Origin: a bacterium | Lineage (GTDB): Bacteria; Patescibacteriota; Microgenomatia; Curtissbacterales; GWA2-41-24 | NCBI GenBank assembly: GCA_021813945.1 | Contig: JAKAJD010000001.1 | Span: 270,742 to 334,741 of the forward strand | Reading direction: 5' to 3' | DNA: 64,000 nucleotides | Shown here: one piece after another, positions 17,461 through 27,115 of the stretch | How the letters are laid out: each line of letters starts with the position of its first letter | Numbering within the stretch: position 1 is the first letter of the stretch | The notes under the pieces: generated by a model | What the model saw: the letters and a program-made list of their open reading frames with translations, nothing else | Told to the model about the DNA's origin: nothing | The model's database searches: none | Position numbers and translations under genes: made by a program

Positions 17461-18111
17461 ATGATAACAGTCCCGCAAGCAGTCGAAAAAATTATCAACC
17501 GCTCGAGATATCTCTCGGAAGCTCTCTCAAAAGACCTCATAAACACCACTTCTCTTGCTCGCTACATTAAAGTGGAAGTTGAAGAACTAACTTTTAAATC
17601 CGTGACTATTGGATCTGTCGCAATCGCCATAAAAAGACTGCAAAAAACCTACAAAAAAGGCTACAAAAAGATAACCGTATTCGCGGAAGCTCCGGATATG
17701 ATAGTACGGTCTAATCTTACCCTGATCTACGTCAAAAACTCCGACAATCTTCTATCCGAACTTTCAAAAGTGGAAGCCGACAGCCAAACCTTCAAAAAGA
17801 AGGCCTTATTCACGTATGGCCGCGTAGAAACAGTAATTCTTACAAACAAAATCAACCTAGAAGGAATTAAGGCTATCTTAAAAGATGAGGAGCTATCACA
17901 ATGCTTTCCAAACGTCTCATCTATAACAATCCATCTTCCCAAAGAATCCGTCAAAAATTCGGGGATTTTTTACTTTTTCATAAAATCTCTGGCCTGGGAG
18001 GGGGTGAACATTCTGGACATGCTCTCGACAGAAACGGAGCTGACCTTAGTCTTTGAACCCCAAGACACCAACACCGCCTTCGCAATCCTGCGTTCTCTTT
18101 TTGAAGAATAA
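17461..18111 (+). CDS. Hypothetical protein, possible ACT-like regulatory domains
   Basis: 216 aa. Repeated beta-alpha-beta-beta-alpha-beta-like segments. No catalytic motif. Confidence 0.35.
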   Translation: MITVPQAVEKIINRSRYLSEALSKDLINTTSLARYIKVEVEELTFKSVTIGSVAIAIKRLQKTYKKGYKKITVFAEAPDMIVRSNLTLIYVKNSDNLLSELSKVEADSQTFKKKALFTYGRVETVILTNKINLEGIKAILKDEELSQCFPNVSSITIHLPKESVKNSGIFYFFIKSLAWEGVNILDMLSTETELTLVFEPQDTNTAFAILRSLFEE

Positions 18112-18125
18112 GCTAAAATAAACGC

Positions 18126-18935
18126 ATGCAACGAGTCTCAGTCACCACCCTAAATACATTTGGAGGGGTAATAAATCCGTCTGGCCTAAACAGCCGTTAT
18201 GCTGCAATAGCAAGGTATTTTATTAAATCAGAGGTAGATGTCATAAATTTTCAAGAAGTTTTCACTTACTACCATCTACACTTGCTTCTTAAATCACTAA
18301 AAAAACGCTATCCTTATCACGCATTCCAGAATTCATATTTAGGCCCAAAAGGAGGCCTGGTAACTTTCTCAAAACTTCCTTGTAAAGGAAGGTACATAAG
18401 TTATAAAAGGAATTTCATACCAACTACAATAAAATCCAGCATAGAGCTTTTAACCCAGCGCGGAGCACTCGTGACAAAAGTTAAGAATCTTAACTTTACA
18501 ATCTTAAACACTCACATGACAGCCGTTTTAAATGGTGACTGGTCCAGGAAAAGCAAGTACTATAACGAGCTTTCATCCGAAATAAAACAATTCCACAAGA
18601 TCGTAGAAAATGCACACAAAAATGGTAACGTGTTGCTAGCCTCAGGAGACTTCAATATTGCCAAAGCCAGCCAGTTGTACAAAGAACTAATAAGTTATCA
18701 CAGCCTAGTCTACCCCTTCAAAAACAGCGGCGTGCCCACAAAGCACTCCAGTTTTCCGCAAACCGCACTAAAAACCAACTGCGTCGATTATATATTCGTA
18801 TTCAGCAACGCCAAACTATACAGCATCGAAAAAAAGAAATACGTCTTTACGCGTAAAATGGCACTAGAGCACAACAAAACGGGCTACGTATCCGATCACA
18901 TAGGGCTTTACGTTCAAATAAAATTAACCGCATAA
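18126..18935 (+). CDS. Endonuclease/exonuclease/phosphatase (EEP) family protein
   Basis: 'VINFQEVF', 'GDFN' and 'SDHIGLYVQI' motifs. Confidence 0.6.
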   Translation: MQRVSVTTLNTFGGVINPSGLNSRYAAIARYFIKSEVDVINFQEVFTYYHLHLLLKSLKKRYPYHAFQNSYLGPKGGLVTFSKLPCKGRYISYKRNFIPTTIKSSIELLTQRGALVTKVKNLNFTILNTHMTAVLNGDWSRKSKYYNELSSEIKQFHKIVENAHKNGNVLLASGDFNIAKASQLYKELISYHSLVYPFKNSGVPTKHSSFPQTALKTNCVDYIFVFSNAKLYSIEKKKYVFTRKMALEHNKTGYVSDHIGLYVQIKLTA

Positions 18936-18937
18936 GC

Positions 18938-19729
18938 TTATGCCAGCTTCTTTGCTGATTCGTACAATTCATAATCCTTTTCATGTAAATCATAAAAACG
19001 ACTTATAAATGCAGGTCCATAACCTTGAATTGGTTCTCTTGCATCCGGTGTTCTGTTCAATCGTTTAGCCTTAAATCCTCGGTCACAACCTACAGGCATT
19101 AGACCCTCCCGCCGAATACACTCTATTAATTTATCAGCAAACACATCCAATTCGTCAGTGATACCTACAACAGCAAAATCACCAAGATTCTTTTTCCCCA
19201 AAGCTTGCGATTGATAATTCCTAAGTTCAGGCAATAAAGCATATTCCTCAAATGTTAAAGACGGCCGAAATGGTATTCTTACACGCCACTGGGTGACCCC
19301 TCTTGTTCTCCTCCAATGAGCGTACTGCGACCTCATTCTTTCAAGGGGGTCCCTGATCACAACGACCGAAACAGGGTCTGAAATATGCAAATCAAAACGG
19401 TCAGCAACGAAATGTCCGTGTACGGCCGAAAAATCATCTGGCATTTCAAAAACATGAATAGTCTTTGGCTTTAAAATATTAGTACTAAGCAATAAATATG
19501 CTCTATTTATAATAAACGCTAGTGGGGTATTTGCAATTTGCGCGCGCAACAAATCATGAACAGCACTAGTTCGCCGAGCCTTGAGATCAGCAGCCCTCGC
19601 TAAGGTATCGTCAATGGGGTTGTACACAAGAACCCTATCCTTGCCTAATGCAGATTCTAGAAGATCCTGAACAGAAGTTCCTGCGGTTTTTTCAATATGA
19701 ACACTTACTACTCGTCTTTCCAAACTCAT
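18938..19729 (-). CDS. Sulfotransferase family protein (PAPS-dependent)
   Basis: 'HIEKTAGTS' matches the 5'-PSB loop (HIPKTGGT-like). 'VVIRDPLERMRSQYAH' matches the 3'-PB motif (RDP..R..S.Y). Composition is GC-rich. Confidence 0.6.
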   Translation of the reverse strand: MSLERRVVSVHIEKTAGTSVQDLLESALGKDRVLVYNPIDDTLARAADLKARRTSAVHDLLRAQIANTPLAFIINRAYLLLSTNILKPKTIHVFEMPDDFSAVHGHFVADRFDLHISDPVSVVVIRDPLERMRSQYAHWRRTRGVTQWRVRIPFRPSLTFEEYALLPELRNYQSQALGKKNLGDFAVVGITDELDVFADKLIECIRREGLMPVGCDRGFKAKRLNRTPDAREPIQGYGPAFISRFYDLHEKDYELYESAKKLA

Positions 19730-19765
19730 TCTAATAACCTATAATACCCGATATTATATCTTAAC

Positions 19766-20443
19766 ATGCTGGAAAAACAAAACTATGAGCCAATTCACCT
19801 GCCCAAAAGAACAGTTAGGGAATGGCTGAAGAATAAACTTATAGTCGATGCTGAAAACGTCATGCGGCTTATATATCCTTTAGTCAGATATATTCATGAG
19901 AAAAGGCCCGATTACCTACTCGCCCTGGATTCCGGTGCCAGAATCACTAGCCTCGCTATACTTGCCCTTTATAGTGAATTATATGGAGAACTGCCAACGA
20001 AAGATCACGCAATTCATTTTAAAAAAGTTTCCCATAAGTTCACGCCTGCTCTCATAAAACACCAGCTTGAAGGCTGTGTTCAACAAGCGTTATCCGCAAA
20101 TGAATCCCCTTTGCTTTTTGTCATCGACGACTGCACAAACACCGGAATAACAGCAAGTAGGGTAAGAAGAGCTGTTTCAGAACTATCCAACGGAAAGGTA
20201 CGCCTTCGCTTTGGCGTGATGCGTGAATTTCTCGCAGGCATTACAGACGTAAAGGGAGACACTTTTAGCCTAGCAAGGCCTGCTTGGCGCAATCAACCGG
20301 AGTTAATTGGGGTCTACTATTCTGACAATACGATTCCTCATGTACTCAGTACCCAGGAGGCTATCAGTTTGAGAGAACAAATTCGCTCAAGCGCAAAGCA
20401 GTTCGCAGCAAAAATTAAAGGTGGAGTAAAAAATGAGTGTTGA
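19766..20443 (+). CDS. Phosphoribosyltransferase (PRTase type I)-like domain protein
   Basis: 'LLFVIDDCTNTGITASR' matches the PRPP-binding motif (hhhhDDhhtTGgT). Confidence 0.45.
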   Translation: MLEKQNYEPIHLPKRTVREWLKNKLIVDAENVMRLIYPLVRYIHEKRPDYLLALDSGARITSLAILALYSELYGELPTKDHAIHFKKVSHKFTPALIKHQLEGCVQQALSANESPLLFVIDDCTNTGITASRVRRAVSELSNGKVRLRFGVMREFLAGITDVKGDTFSLARPAWRNQPELIGVYYSDNTIPHVLSTQEAISLREQIRSSAKQFAAKIKGGVKNEC

Positions 20444-22547
20444 ATCAACTAGCTATATGCAAGACTTGAGGCCTAACTGCCCCGACGCCTTAAACATACA
20501 CGATGAACATTTAATTGATGCCCAACTTCGCAATATGCAAATCCTTATTGAAACCACCTCGGAAAGAAAAATTGATAGCCTAATTGATGACGTAATGGGT
20601 CTAAAACAGGCATATGATAGCAGGTTAACTTTAGCAATTATCAACAGAAGACTTGATGAGCAATCTATATCATTATTAAAAAAAGCAAGCGATACCATAT
20701 CAAACGGCAGCAACGTCATAATCAAAAGTTTTGAGCGTGCCGAGCCTGTCACCGAAGAAAAAAATGATGCCTTAATACAAACAGCACAAAGGCTAATCTA
20801 TCTGCATTCCACAGATGGAACAGACGCTCTTAAAAAGAATTGCTTAGTGGACTCGGAAGAAACAGTAATTTTCGCCGTCCCATCAAAGCAAAGTGCCATT
20901 CTTCATGAAGCACTCGCTCTTATGCCATCCACAGAAAACGTTGTTGGTTTTAAAATCACAAAAACAGATGCAAGCATTGAGGTCAGTTTATTTTTAAAAA
21001 AAGACGAAAGGGGAGTAAGTAGCGTAAGCATTACGCTAGACGAAAAGACCCAGAAAATAGCAGCTGAACACAAAAAGGGTAAAAAAATCTTGATCGCAAT
21101 CGAAGGTGACATCGCTGGTCACTCAATCAGGGCACTGGAAACCGCAAGAGGACTAAGGGCACTTGGGTATGAACCTGACATTTTTGGCAGCGGCTATTAT
21201 GCATGGCAATACAAAGAAGAAGGTTTCAATTGTCTACCTCCTTTTAACACCAGTGAAACATTAGAAAGAGAGCGGATTATTGCTAAAGCAAGGGGAGAAG
21301 GAGAAGGAGTGTTTTTCTGGAATTTTAAAGAGGTAAAATCACGTGTAGAGTCGGCAAAAAGTGCTCTTAGACCATATATCCAATCGGGCGTAGATTTGCT
21401 TATTTCTGATATGAACCCAATTGTTGATATTGCTATAAGTCAACTCCAGTCAGAAACAGGGGTATACTTCCCCAGAATGACAGAAACACACGACATACGA
21501 CTGTCCCCATACAGGACGCTCAGAACAATTAAGGTTAGAGGAATTCCGGTAGGCGAAATAGCATATAGAGTAAATTGCCTGCCTGTTATCGCCGCTCTCG
21601 ATAAAAATGGACGACGCCACAAGATCACACATTTCATGCTTAATAATGTCGCAGATACGTTTATGGGACTACCACTCTTTATGTACGATCGCAAAAGGAG
21701 CGGCTCAAAACTGCGAATAAAATTTACCGATTACATTTATGGTGAAGATGGAACAATGCTATTTAGCCTCAAACAAGAATGTCCAGAACCGAATATTTAT
21801 CCTGTTGGCCTACAAGCAGATAAAGGGGCACACAATGGTAGCGGACATCCTGAATTCCCCAAGGGGAAAGCAGCCATATTAAATGCTCAGGGCAGCACAC
21901 ACAACAGAGCAGCCTGGAATATCACAGCATCAGCTCTTTTAGAAATTCCAGATAGTTTCTCAATTCACGCAACGGGAATAAAGGAAGACAAAACAGAAGC
22001 GATAAACGGAAACGCAAAAACAGGTACAGCAGGGCTAAAAGGCTATAAAGTTGGTTATGCCGATAATTACTATTTGGCTCAAGCAGCAGATGTAGTAATA
22101 AACCACGGAGGGTTTGGAACAATTTCTCAATGGTTGCTTGCTGCAACAAAAAAAATAAGAGGAGAACGGCGGGAATTGGATAACCTGGTTTCTACAAATA
22201 CGCCAACGCAAGTTGGCCGCTACTTAAGAAGTTGCCACGGAATATCACGATCGCTTTCTGTGTGCAATACTTTTGAACAAGAAAATAACGCAAGATCAAT
22301 AAACGAAGCAGGTGGCGAAAACGTATGCACGGTAATAACAGCAGACGATCTTCTAAAACAGCCAGACCCAAAAAGCCTAATTCAACAACTAATAAAACGG
22401 TTACTGTATGCGCCCATAGACAATAGTGAACGGGCGTTTTGGCTTAACCTGGTCAACTATGAATCGTCCATGAATGCCCCAGCCCATATAGCCCTAATCC
22501 TTGAAAGAATTATCGTCACCCAACAAAAAGAACATGAAAGAAGCTGA
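20433..22547 (+). CDS. GT1-family (MGT/UDP-glycosyltransferase-like) glycosyltransferase with about 210-aa unknown N-terminal extension
   Basis: N-lobe 'KKILIAIEGDIAGHSIRALETARGLRALGYEPDIF'. C-lobe signature 'ADVVINHGGFGTISQ' plus 'EQENNARSINEAGGE' (HGG.GT ... Q..NA). 704 aa. Confidence 0.6.
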   Translation: MSVESTSYMQDLRPNCPDALNIHDEHLIDAQLRNMQILIETTSERKIDSLIDDVMGLKQAYDSRLTLAIINRRLDEQSISLLKKASDTISNGSNVIIKSFERAEPVTEEKNDALIQTAQRLIYLHSTDGTDALKKNCLVDSEETVIFAVPSKQSAILHEALALMPSTENVVGFKITKTDASIEVSLFLKKDERGVSSVSITLDEKTQKIAAEHKKGKKILIAIEGDIAGHSIRALETARGLRALGYEPDIFGSGYYAWQYKEEGFNCLPPFNTSETLERERIIAKARGEGEGVFFWNFKEVKSRVESAKSALRPYIQSGVDLLISDMNPIVDIAISQLQSETGVYFPRMTETHDIRLSPYRTLRTIKVRGIPVGEIAYRVNCLPVIAALDKNGRRHKITHFMLNNVADTFMGLPLFMYDRKRSGSKLRIKFTDYIYGEDGTMLFSLKQECPEPNIYPVGLQADKGAHNGSGHPEFPKGKAAILNAQGSTHNRAAWNITASALLEIPDSFSIHATGIKEDKTEAINGNAKTGTAGLKGYKVGYADNYYLAQAADVVINHGGFGTISQWLLAATKKIRGERRELDNLVSTNTPTQVGRYLRSCHGISRSLSVCNTFEQENNARSINEAGGENVCTVITADDLLKQPDPKSLIQQLIKRLLYAPIDNSERAFWLNLVNYESSMNAPAHIALILERIIVTQQKEHERS

Positions 22548-23331
22548 ACAAAATATTGGGAATCAACCTTATAGCGAAATTAGCCAACAAGCAAAGATAA
22601 AAGCTGCTTTGCTTGAAGTACCATCAGGAGCAACAACCCTGTGCAAGCGACTTTTACAAAATGACCGATTAACCGTCGATGAAGCGCAATCAGTATTATT
22701 TGAAGCTACTGAAGCATTAAGCGGATCAGCACCTTTCGGTTTGAAGTCATCACCGAAAATAACAGGCCACCTCGGGCAAGGGTTTGAATCCACAGGATTC
22801 ATCTTCGATACCAAAGAGGGTAAATGGGTAATAAAAATCGGCCTGCCAAAAAATTGCGTGTCAGGAGTGTATTCACCCTCAACCAATAAATACGCAAGTA
22901 CAATGGTGTGGAACTACAGGGCACTTATGGATACTTTCCAAGAAAAACTGCCGCACGTCACACCCTCACCATATTTCGTGATTCCGCCAAGCGGGCTAAG
23001 CCGACACACAACAGTTCAAATACAACCATATATCCAGCCGACAACAAACGCAGACAACCTCACAAATAGCCAAAGGGAAGACCTGATAGCTGAAAGGACA
23101 ACATTTTACTATCTGTCACGTTCAATGCTTAAACACAAAAGAGTAATGCCAGACCTAGTTAAGAGAAAAAACCTCATCGTCGGTACCACAAGCGGACAGG
23201 CACACTACACCCTCGTTGACGTGGGCCTATTTCACCTGCAAGCACCAACCCCCGTGTTAAACATACTCGTCTTTTTTTCCCAAAGACTGTCCCTATCAAG
23301 AGACCTAAGGGCTTTAAAATCACGAAGGTGA
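22501..23331 (+). CDS. Small protein-kinase-like / APH-like fold protein
   Basis: Gly-rich loop 'GHLGQGFESTGF', beta3 Lys 'WVIKIG', catalytic loop 'PDLVKRKNLIV' (D..K..N) and 'LVDVGLF' (DFG-like). It overlaps the end of the GT1 gene. The true start is probably the internal ATG at about 22534. Confidence 0.45.
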   Translation: MKELSSPNKKNMKEAEQNIGNQPYSEISQQAKIKAALLEVPSGATTLCKRLLQNDRLTVDEAQSVLFEATEALSGSAPFGLKSSPKITGHLGQGFESTGFIFDTKEGKWVIKIGLPKNCVSGVYSPSTNKYASTMVWNYRALMDTFQEKLPHVTPSPYFVIPPSGLSRHTTVQIQPYIQPTTNADNLTNSQREDLIAERTTFYYLSRSMLKHKRVMPDLVKRKNLIVGTTSGQAHYTLVDVGLFHLQAPTPVLNILVFFSQRLSLSRDLRALKSRR

Positions 23332-23489
23332 CCTGCATTAACACCTAGTTCTATCAATGCGAGCAAAAGCCCCCCAACACCGCCTTTGCGATTTTGAGGT
23401 CCCCCTTTGAGGGTTAAAACACCCGCCGCGATAATTTCAAATTATTAATGAAGTTGTTATTTTCTATTGAGAAACATTATAATTTCCGA

Positions 23490-23954
23490 ATGAGAAAAGA
23501 GGCCTTGGCAGCAGCTTATGGAACCCTCATAGCACTACCCTTTATTTTTGGTGGCTGTCATTCTCAAGAAAAACTAAAAAACACGAGCGCGACAAAAACA
23601 GGAGTTTCCACAGAAAATCCGGATTTTTCGCAATATGTTCCTATGATTGTTTCCATTGATCCAAGTCCCGAAGATTGTAAAGAATCAGGTAACACTATTG
23701 ATTATCATTCAGGCGAAAATATGCAATTGTATAGCCCTGTAACTAATAGCCTTTTAACCTTTGAAGTATCTGTAGATGGGAAAGATGCCGTATTCCAAAG
23801 AAAAGGTTCCATATACGCAGGAGGCGTACAGGAAGGTGAAGTATTTGGAATTTTAACTGATACACAAGGCAGGGGTGCTTATACTATTGGCAGAATAGTT
23901 GAAGTCGGTTCGGATTCAGTAAAAATTGTAAGGCTTGATTGCCCAACTTATTGA
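23490..23954 (+). CDS. Putative lipoprotein / secreted protein
   Basis: Signal 'MRKEALAAAYGTLIALPFIFGGC' has a lipobox-like FGGC. The ORF track begins at 23448. Confidence 0.4.
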   Translation: MRKEALAAAYGTLIALPFIFGGCHSQEKLKNTSATKTGVSTENPDFSQYVPMIVSIDPSPEDCKESGNTIDYHSGENMQLYSPVTNSLLTFEVSVDGKDAVFQRKGSIYAGGVQEGEVFGILTDTQGRGAYTIGRIVEVGSDSVKIVRLDCPTY

Positions 23955-24254
23955 GAAAAACCCTAATAACTCCGCCGCAAAAACTTCAAACGTATTTGGG
24001 CTCAACTAGATAACGGAGAAGACGATAGGTTATATTACAAACCAACGGCAAACTGTAAAAACACCCCTCCACCGGATACATTTTTCAATTACTGCATAAA
24101 TAATCCTTAACGATTGGCTACGTTAGCGGCTAGTTGCCAAAACGGCTGGATTACGGTGCCTAACGCAAGCGCGACATGGGGAAGCTATCTCAAGACTGGA
24201 GCAACATACTGTGTCAAAACCAATAGTTTTTAAAAATAAACAGAATATAATCTT

Positions 24255-24470
24255 TTACCTTTCTAAATGAGGTATAGATTCTTGACTTATCTTTTCGTCA
24301 GAAAGACCGTGATTATCAAGGAATTCATGAACATCGCTTTTGGGAAACCCATCTCCTTCACCTGAAAAAGGTTTAGAGTGTTTACCCTGAGGCCTAAGAA
24401 CAAATGTTAGCCTCCCGTCTTTCACTATAGCGACAGGTACATATCTCGTATCGGCGCCATACCATTCCAT
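24255..24470 (-). CDS. Hypothetical small protein (weak HicA/YcfA-like resemblance)
   Basis: 71 aa. The 'GKHSKPFSGEGDGFPKSDVHEFLDNHGL' pattern is loosely like HicA 'GSHH...P...KDL...ILKQAGL'. No partner gene was found. Confidence 0.25.
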   Translation of the reverse strand: MEWYGADTRYVPVAIVKDGRLTFVLRPQGKHSKPFSGEGDGFPKSDVHEFLDNHGLSDEKISQESIPHLER

Positions 24471-24610
24471 AAATACGAATTATAGCTTGAAATCCTATAA
24501 TTGAATACTGCTGGAACAGTAAATGAAAGGATTAGGAATATCAAAAGATAAATAACTGCAGTTTCCTGAAATTGATTGAAAAAATAAAGATTTAGTGCCA
24601 TAGTTGGCGT

Positions 24611-25072
24611 GTGGAAATAAGAACAATACGACCTAAATCCCAAAAAGATTTTAATGTTTCGGTAGACCTTTTAAACGAAATATTTTCGGAATTTCCGGAT
24701 TTTAAACCTTACACGACAGAGTTTGCATACAACCGAACTAAAGGCAAAAATCCGTTAATTTTAGAGGTTTATGATAATGAACAAATCATAGCTTACGCCC
24801 TTTGCTACGACAGGATAAAAGGCTACCTTCATATATGGGATATCGGAACAAAGAAAGCTTTCAGGGGAAAGGGTATAGCTTCAAAAATTTATGACCATAT
24901 TGAAAAATATGCAAAAGTAAACAATTACCAGGGTGTCACACTAAACACCTTCAACCGATTCGCTAACAATATAAGACTACTTTTAGCCCGAGGTTATGAA
25001 ATATTCGATATAGAAACAAAAGGGGAGTTCAAAAACGACCCTAAAATCCACATGCGGCTAAAATTCAAATAG
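24611..25072 (+). CDS. GNAT family N-acetyltransferase
   Basis: 'KAFRGKGIASKIYDHIEKYA' matches the acetyl-CoA binding motif (R/Q-x-x-G-x-G/A). GTG start. Confidence 0.7.
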   Translation: MEIRTIRPKSQKDFNVSVDLLNEIFSEFPDFKPYTTEFAYNRTKGKNPLILEVYDNEQIIAYALCYDRIKGYLHIWDIGTKKAFRGKGIASKIYDHIEKYAKVNNYQGVTLNTFNRFANNIRLLLARGYEIFDIETKGEFKNDPKIHMRLKFK

Positions 25073-25093
25073 CCCTCCCGTAGTTATAGGAGA

Positions 25094-25639
25094 TTATTCG
25101 TCCGGCAAGTTTTGGAACCGACCTTCTTCGTAAGGCGGATAGCACACCTCGGAAAAGACCAGGGCCGAATCCTGGGCAGCTCGCCATTGCATTAACTCAC
25201 CAACTACAACTACTGCCGAAAACGGCTCAGGGGAATTTCCAACTTCATGTATCTCTTTATCCCCGCTAGCTTTGGTAATAGTAAAAGTTCCTTTACCTGA
25301 AAAATAGCCTTCAATTGTTTTCTCACCCAAAAGAACTCGCTGCAGTGGAGTTGCTGCCCCTGGCGCAACCGTTACAATTGCAAGATCTCTGCTATTGTCG
25401 CCTTCAAATTCATAAGCGTCACAACTAACCCCGGGTTTAATTTGAAGTGTTGTTACAAACTTGACGCGATTTATGTGGCCTTCAAAATCGAAAGTCGCTA
25501 ACTTTGAGTTCGCCCCAATGTCTGGCTCTCCAGGTTCCATGTAGCTGTGTATTCTACTACTTTCATATATAAAGTTAAATTGAAGCCTTTCAAAATCTCC
25601 CGAAAAGGGATTACTTAAACTCCTGGGATATGTCATCAA
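25094..25639 (-). CDS. Hypothetical protein (GC-rich pair, downstream member)
   Basis: 181 aa with beta-rich composition. It overlaps the upstream ORF by 29 nt. Confidence 0.45.
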   Translation of the reverse strand: MMTYPRSLSNPFSGDFERLQFNFIYESSRIHSYMEPGEPDIGANSKLATFDFEGHINRVKFVTTLQIKPGVSCDAYEFEGDNSRDLAIVTVAPGAATPLQRVLLGEKTIEGYFSGKGTFTITKASGDKEIHEVGNSPEPFSAVVVVGELMQWRAAQDSALVFSEVCYPPYEEGRFQNLPDE

Positions 25640-26396
25640 TCAGTCCGTTTGCCAAACCCTCGATATCAAATGATGTAAATGGCAATTTAGTGAATGTGAC
25701 ATGATTTAAATTAGGTACCCTGGGTATCGTCGAATTCCTAACGCAGCAAATTTCCGCTCGGTACATATTTATATCAAACGCTAAATTCGCAGGTAGTTGT
25801 GGATACCATTCGTTTAACTTTCGCCCAAGAGATTTCATCCAGCCATCGCCAAAACCGGCTGTCAAATCAGAAACGGCTTCGCCGCTTTCATATGCTCTAA
25901 TTTGCGCAGCTTTTTTATTCTGTACATCGCTTGTGAGCGTGGTAAACTCCAATAAACCGGTAAGACGTGTTCTGTCGCCTGCCGGACGAAATACTAAGCA
26001 GTCCGGCTCCGCATGTTCTTTCCCTCTAAGAGTCTCTGAAAGTTCGGGGGCTCCATATACAATGCTGGTTTCTTGGGGTGTAAGAATAACTTGTCTGGTT
26101 CCAGGGTAATCCGCCATAAAAAAATATCCGCCGTTCTCAAAAAGATAGGGGATCAAGGCGCTAACTACCTCAGCTCTTGAAGAATTCCTGTTCCTCCTTA
26201 ATGTTTCCCGAATAGTTTGATAACGTGCAGAAAAAAATGTGCTATTTAAAAATCTGGCCAAGAATTTTCCTATCGAAGGATCCAAATTTGCAGCCACATC
26301 CAGGGTACTGCCTAAACGCTCAGGCTCTAGCGCCTTACCCTTACTCGGGTACATCGCCTTGTCCGTTCTATAAAGCTGCCCCACTTCAATAGTCAT
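25611..26396 (-). CDS. Hypothetical protein (GC-rich pair, upstream member)
   Basis: 261 aa, no motif recognised. Codon composition is unlike the host AT-rich genes. Confidence 0.45.
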   Translation of the reverse strand: MTIEVGQLYRTDKAMYPSKGKALEPERLGSTLDVAANLDPSIGKFLARFLNSTFFSARYQTIRETLRRNRNSSRAEVVSALIPYLFENGGYFFMADYPGTRQVILTPQETSIVYGAPELSETLRGKEHAEPDCLVFRPAGDRTRLTGLLEFTTLTSDVQNKKAAQIRAYESGEAVSDLTAGFGDGWMKSLGRKLNEWYPQLPANLAFDINMYRAEICCVRNSTIPRVPNLNHVTFTKLPFTSFDIEGLANGLIDDISQEFK

Positions 26397-26448
26397 AGTG
26401 CGATAATCCCATCAAGCAATCAACCTTCTTTGCCAAAAAGACAAAAAG

Positions 26449-26982
26449 TTATTTTTGAACGACAGAGGTAGCAAATATCACAGGTTTATTATTCCACTTC
26501 ATTATCTCTCGCATCTCGTCCTCATCACCCAAACTTGTGTCGCCAGCTTTAATTCTAAGTATCCTAACAGTACCGGTAAAAGAAACGCTTACGTTTTCAC
26601 CTAAGGCAACATCACTAGCCGGAACATCGCTAGGCAAACCAAATCTTTTATCGCTTATAACAAGAAGTTTATTTCCAGAATTCTTTTCTCCAACTTGACT
26701 AACAACAATCGCATTTTTAGTTACCCAACCTACAATTTGGCCGTCAAGATTAAGTTGAAGATCTTTATATACAACTGGAGTACTTAAAACTTTGTTGATA
26801 GTCACAGGATCGTTTACAGGTATTTGCTGCGTAGTAGCAACGGCCCTGACAGGGGGCTCTTGGGCATGCACCATACTAGATACTGCGCCAGAAAGTAAAA
26901 AGGCACCAAAGGCTACAAGACAGATAATCAAAAATAAAATCGCCCCTCCGGCAATTAGTGTTTTTTTCAAATAGTTATCCAT
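26449..26982 (-). CDS. Membrane-anchored/secreted hypothetical protein
   Basis: N-terminal TM 'LIAGGAILFLIICLVAFGAFLLSGAV'. 177 aa. Confidence 0.45.
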   Translation of the reverse strand: MDNYLKKTLIAGGAILFLIICLVAFGAFLLSGAVSSMVHAQEPPVRAVATTQQIPVNDPVTINKVLSTPVVYKDLQLNLDGQIVGWVTKNAIVVSQVGEKNSGNKLLVISDKRFGLPSDVPASDVALGENVSVSFTGTVRILRIKAGDTSLGDEDEMREIMKWNNKPVIFATSVVQK

Positions 26983-27115
26983 GTTTTTACTTAATTATTC
27001 TTGGCTTAACCAAGGAGGGAATTATAACACAATAAAGCCTATAATACAAACGGCCGAACAAGTTGATTGTCAAGATTAAAATTATGAAGGCGGCCTGGAG
27101 CGTTTTGCTGGTTTT

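Noticed and set aside
24255-24470. Calling 24255..24470 a HicA toxin with a HicB partner
   Set aside because: The resemblance to HicA is loose. No HicB-like (RNase H-fold plus HTH) ORF is adjacent. It is kept only as a low-confidence hypothetical.
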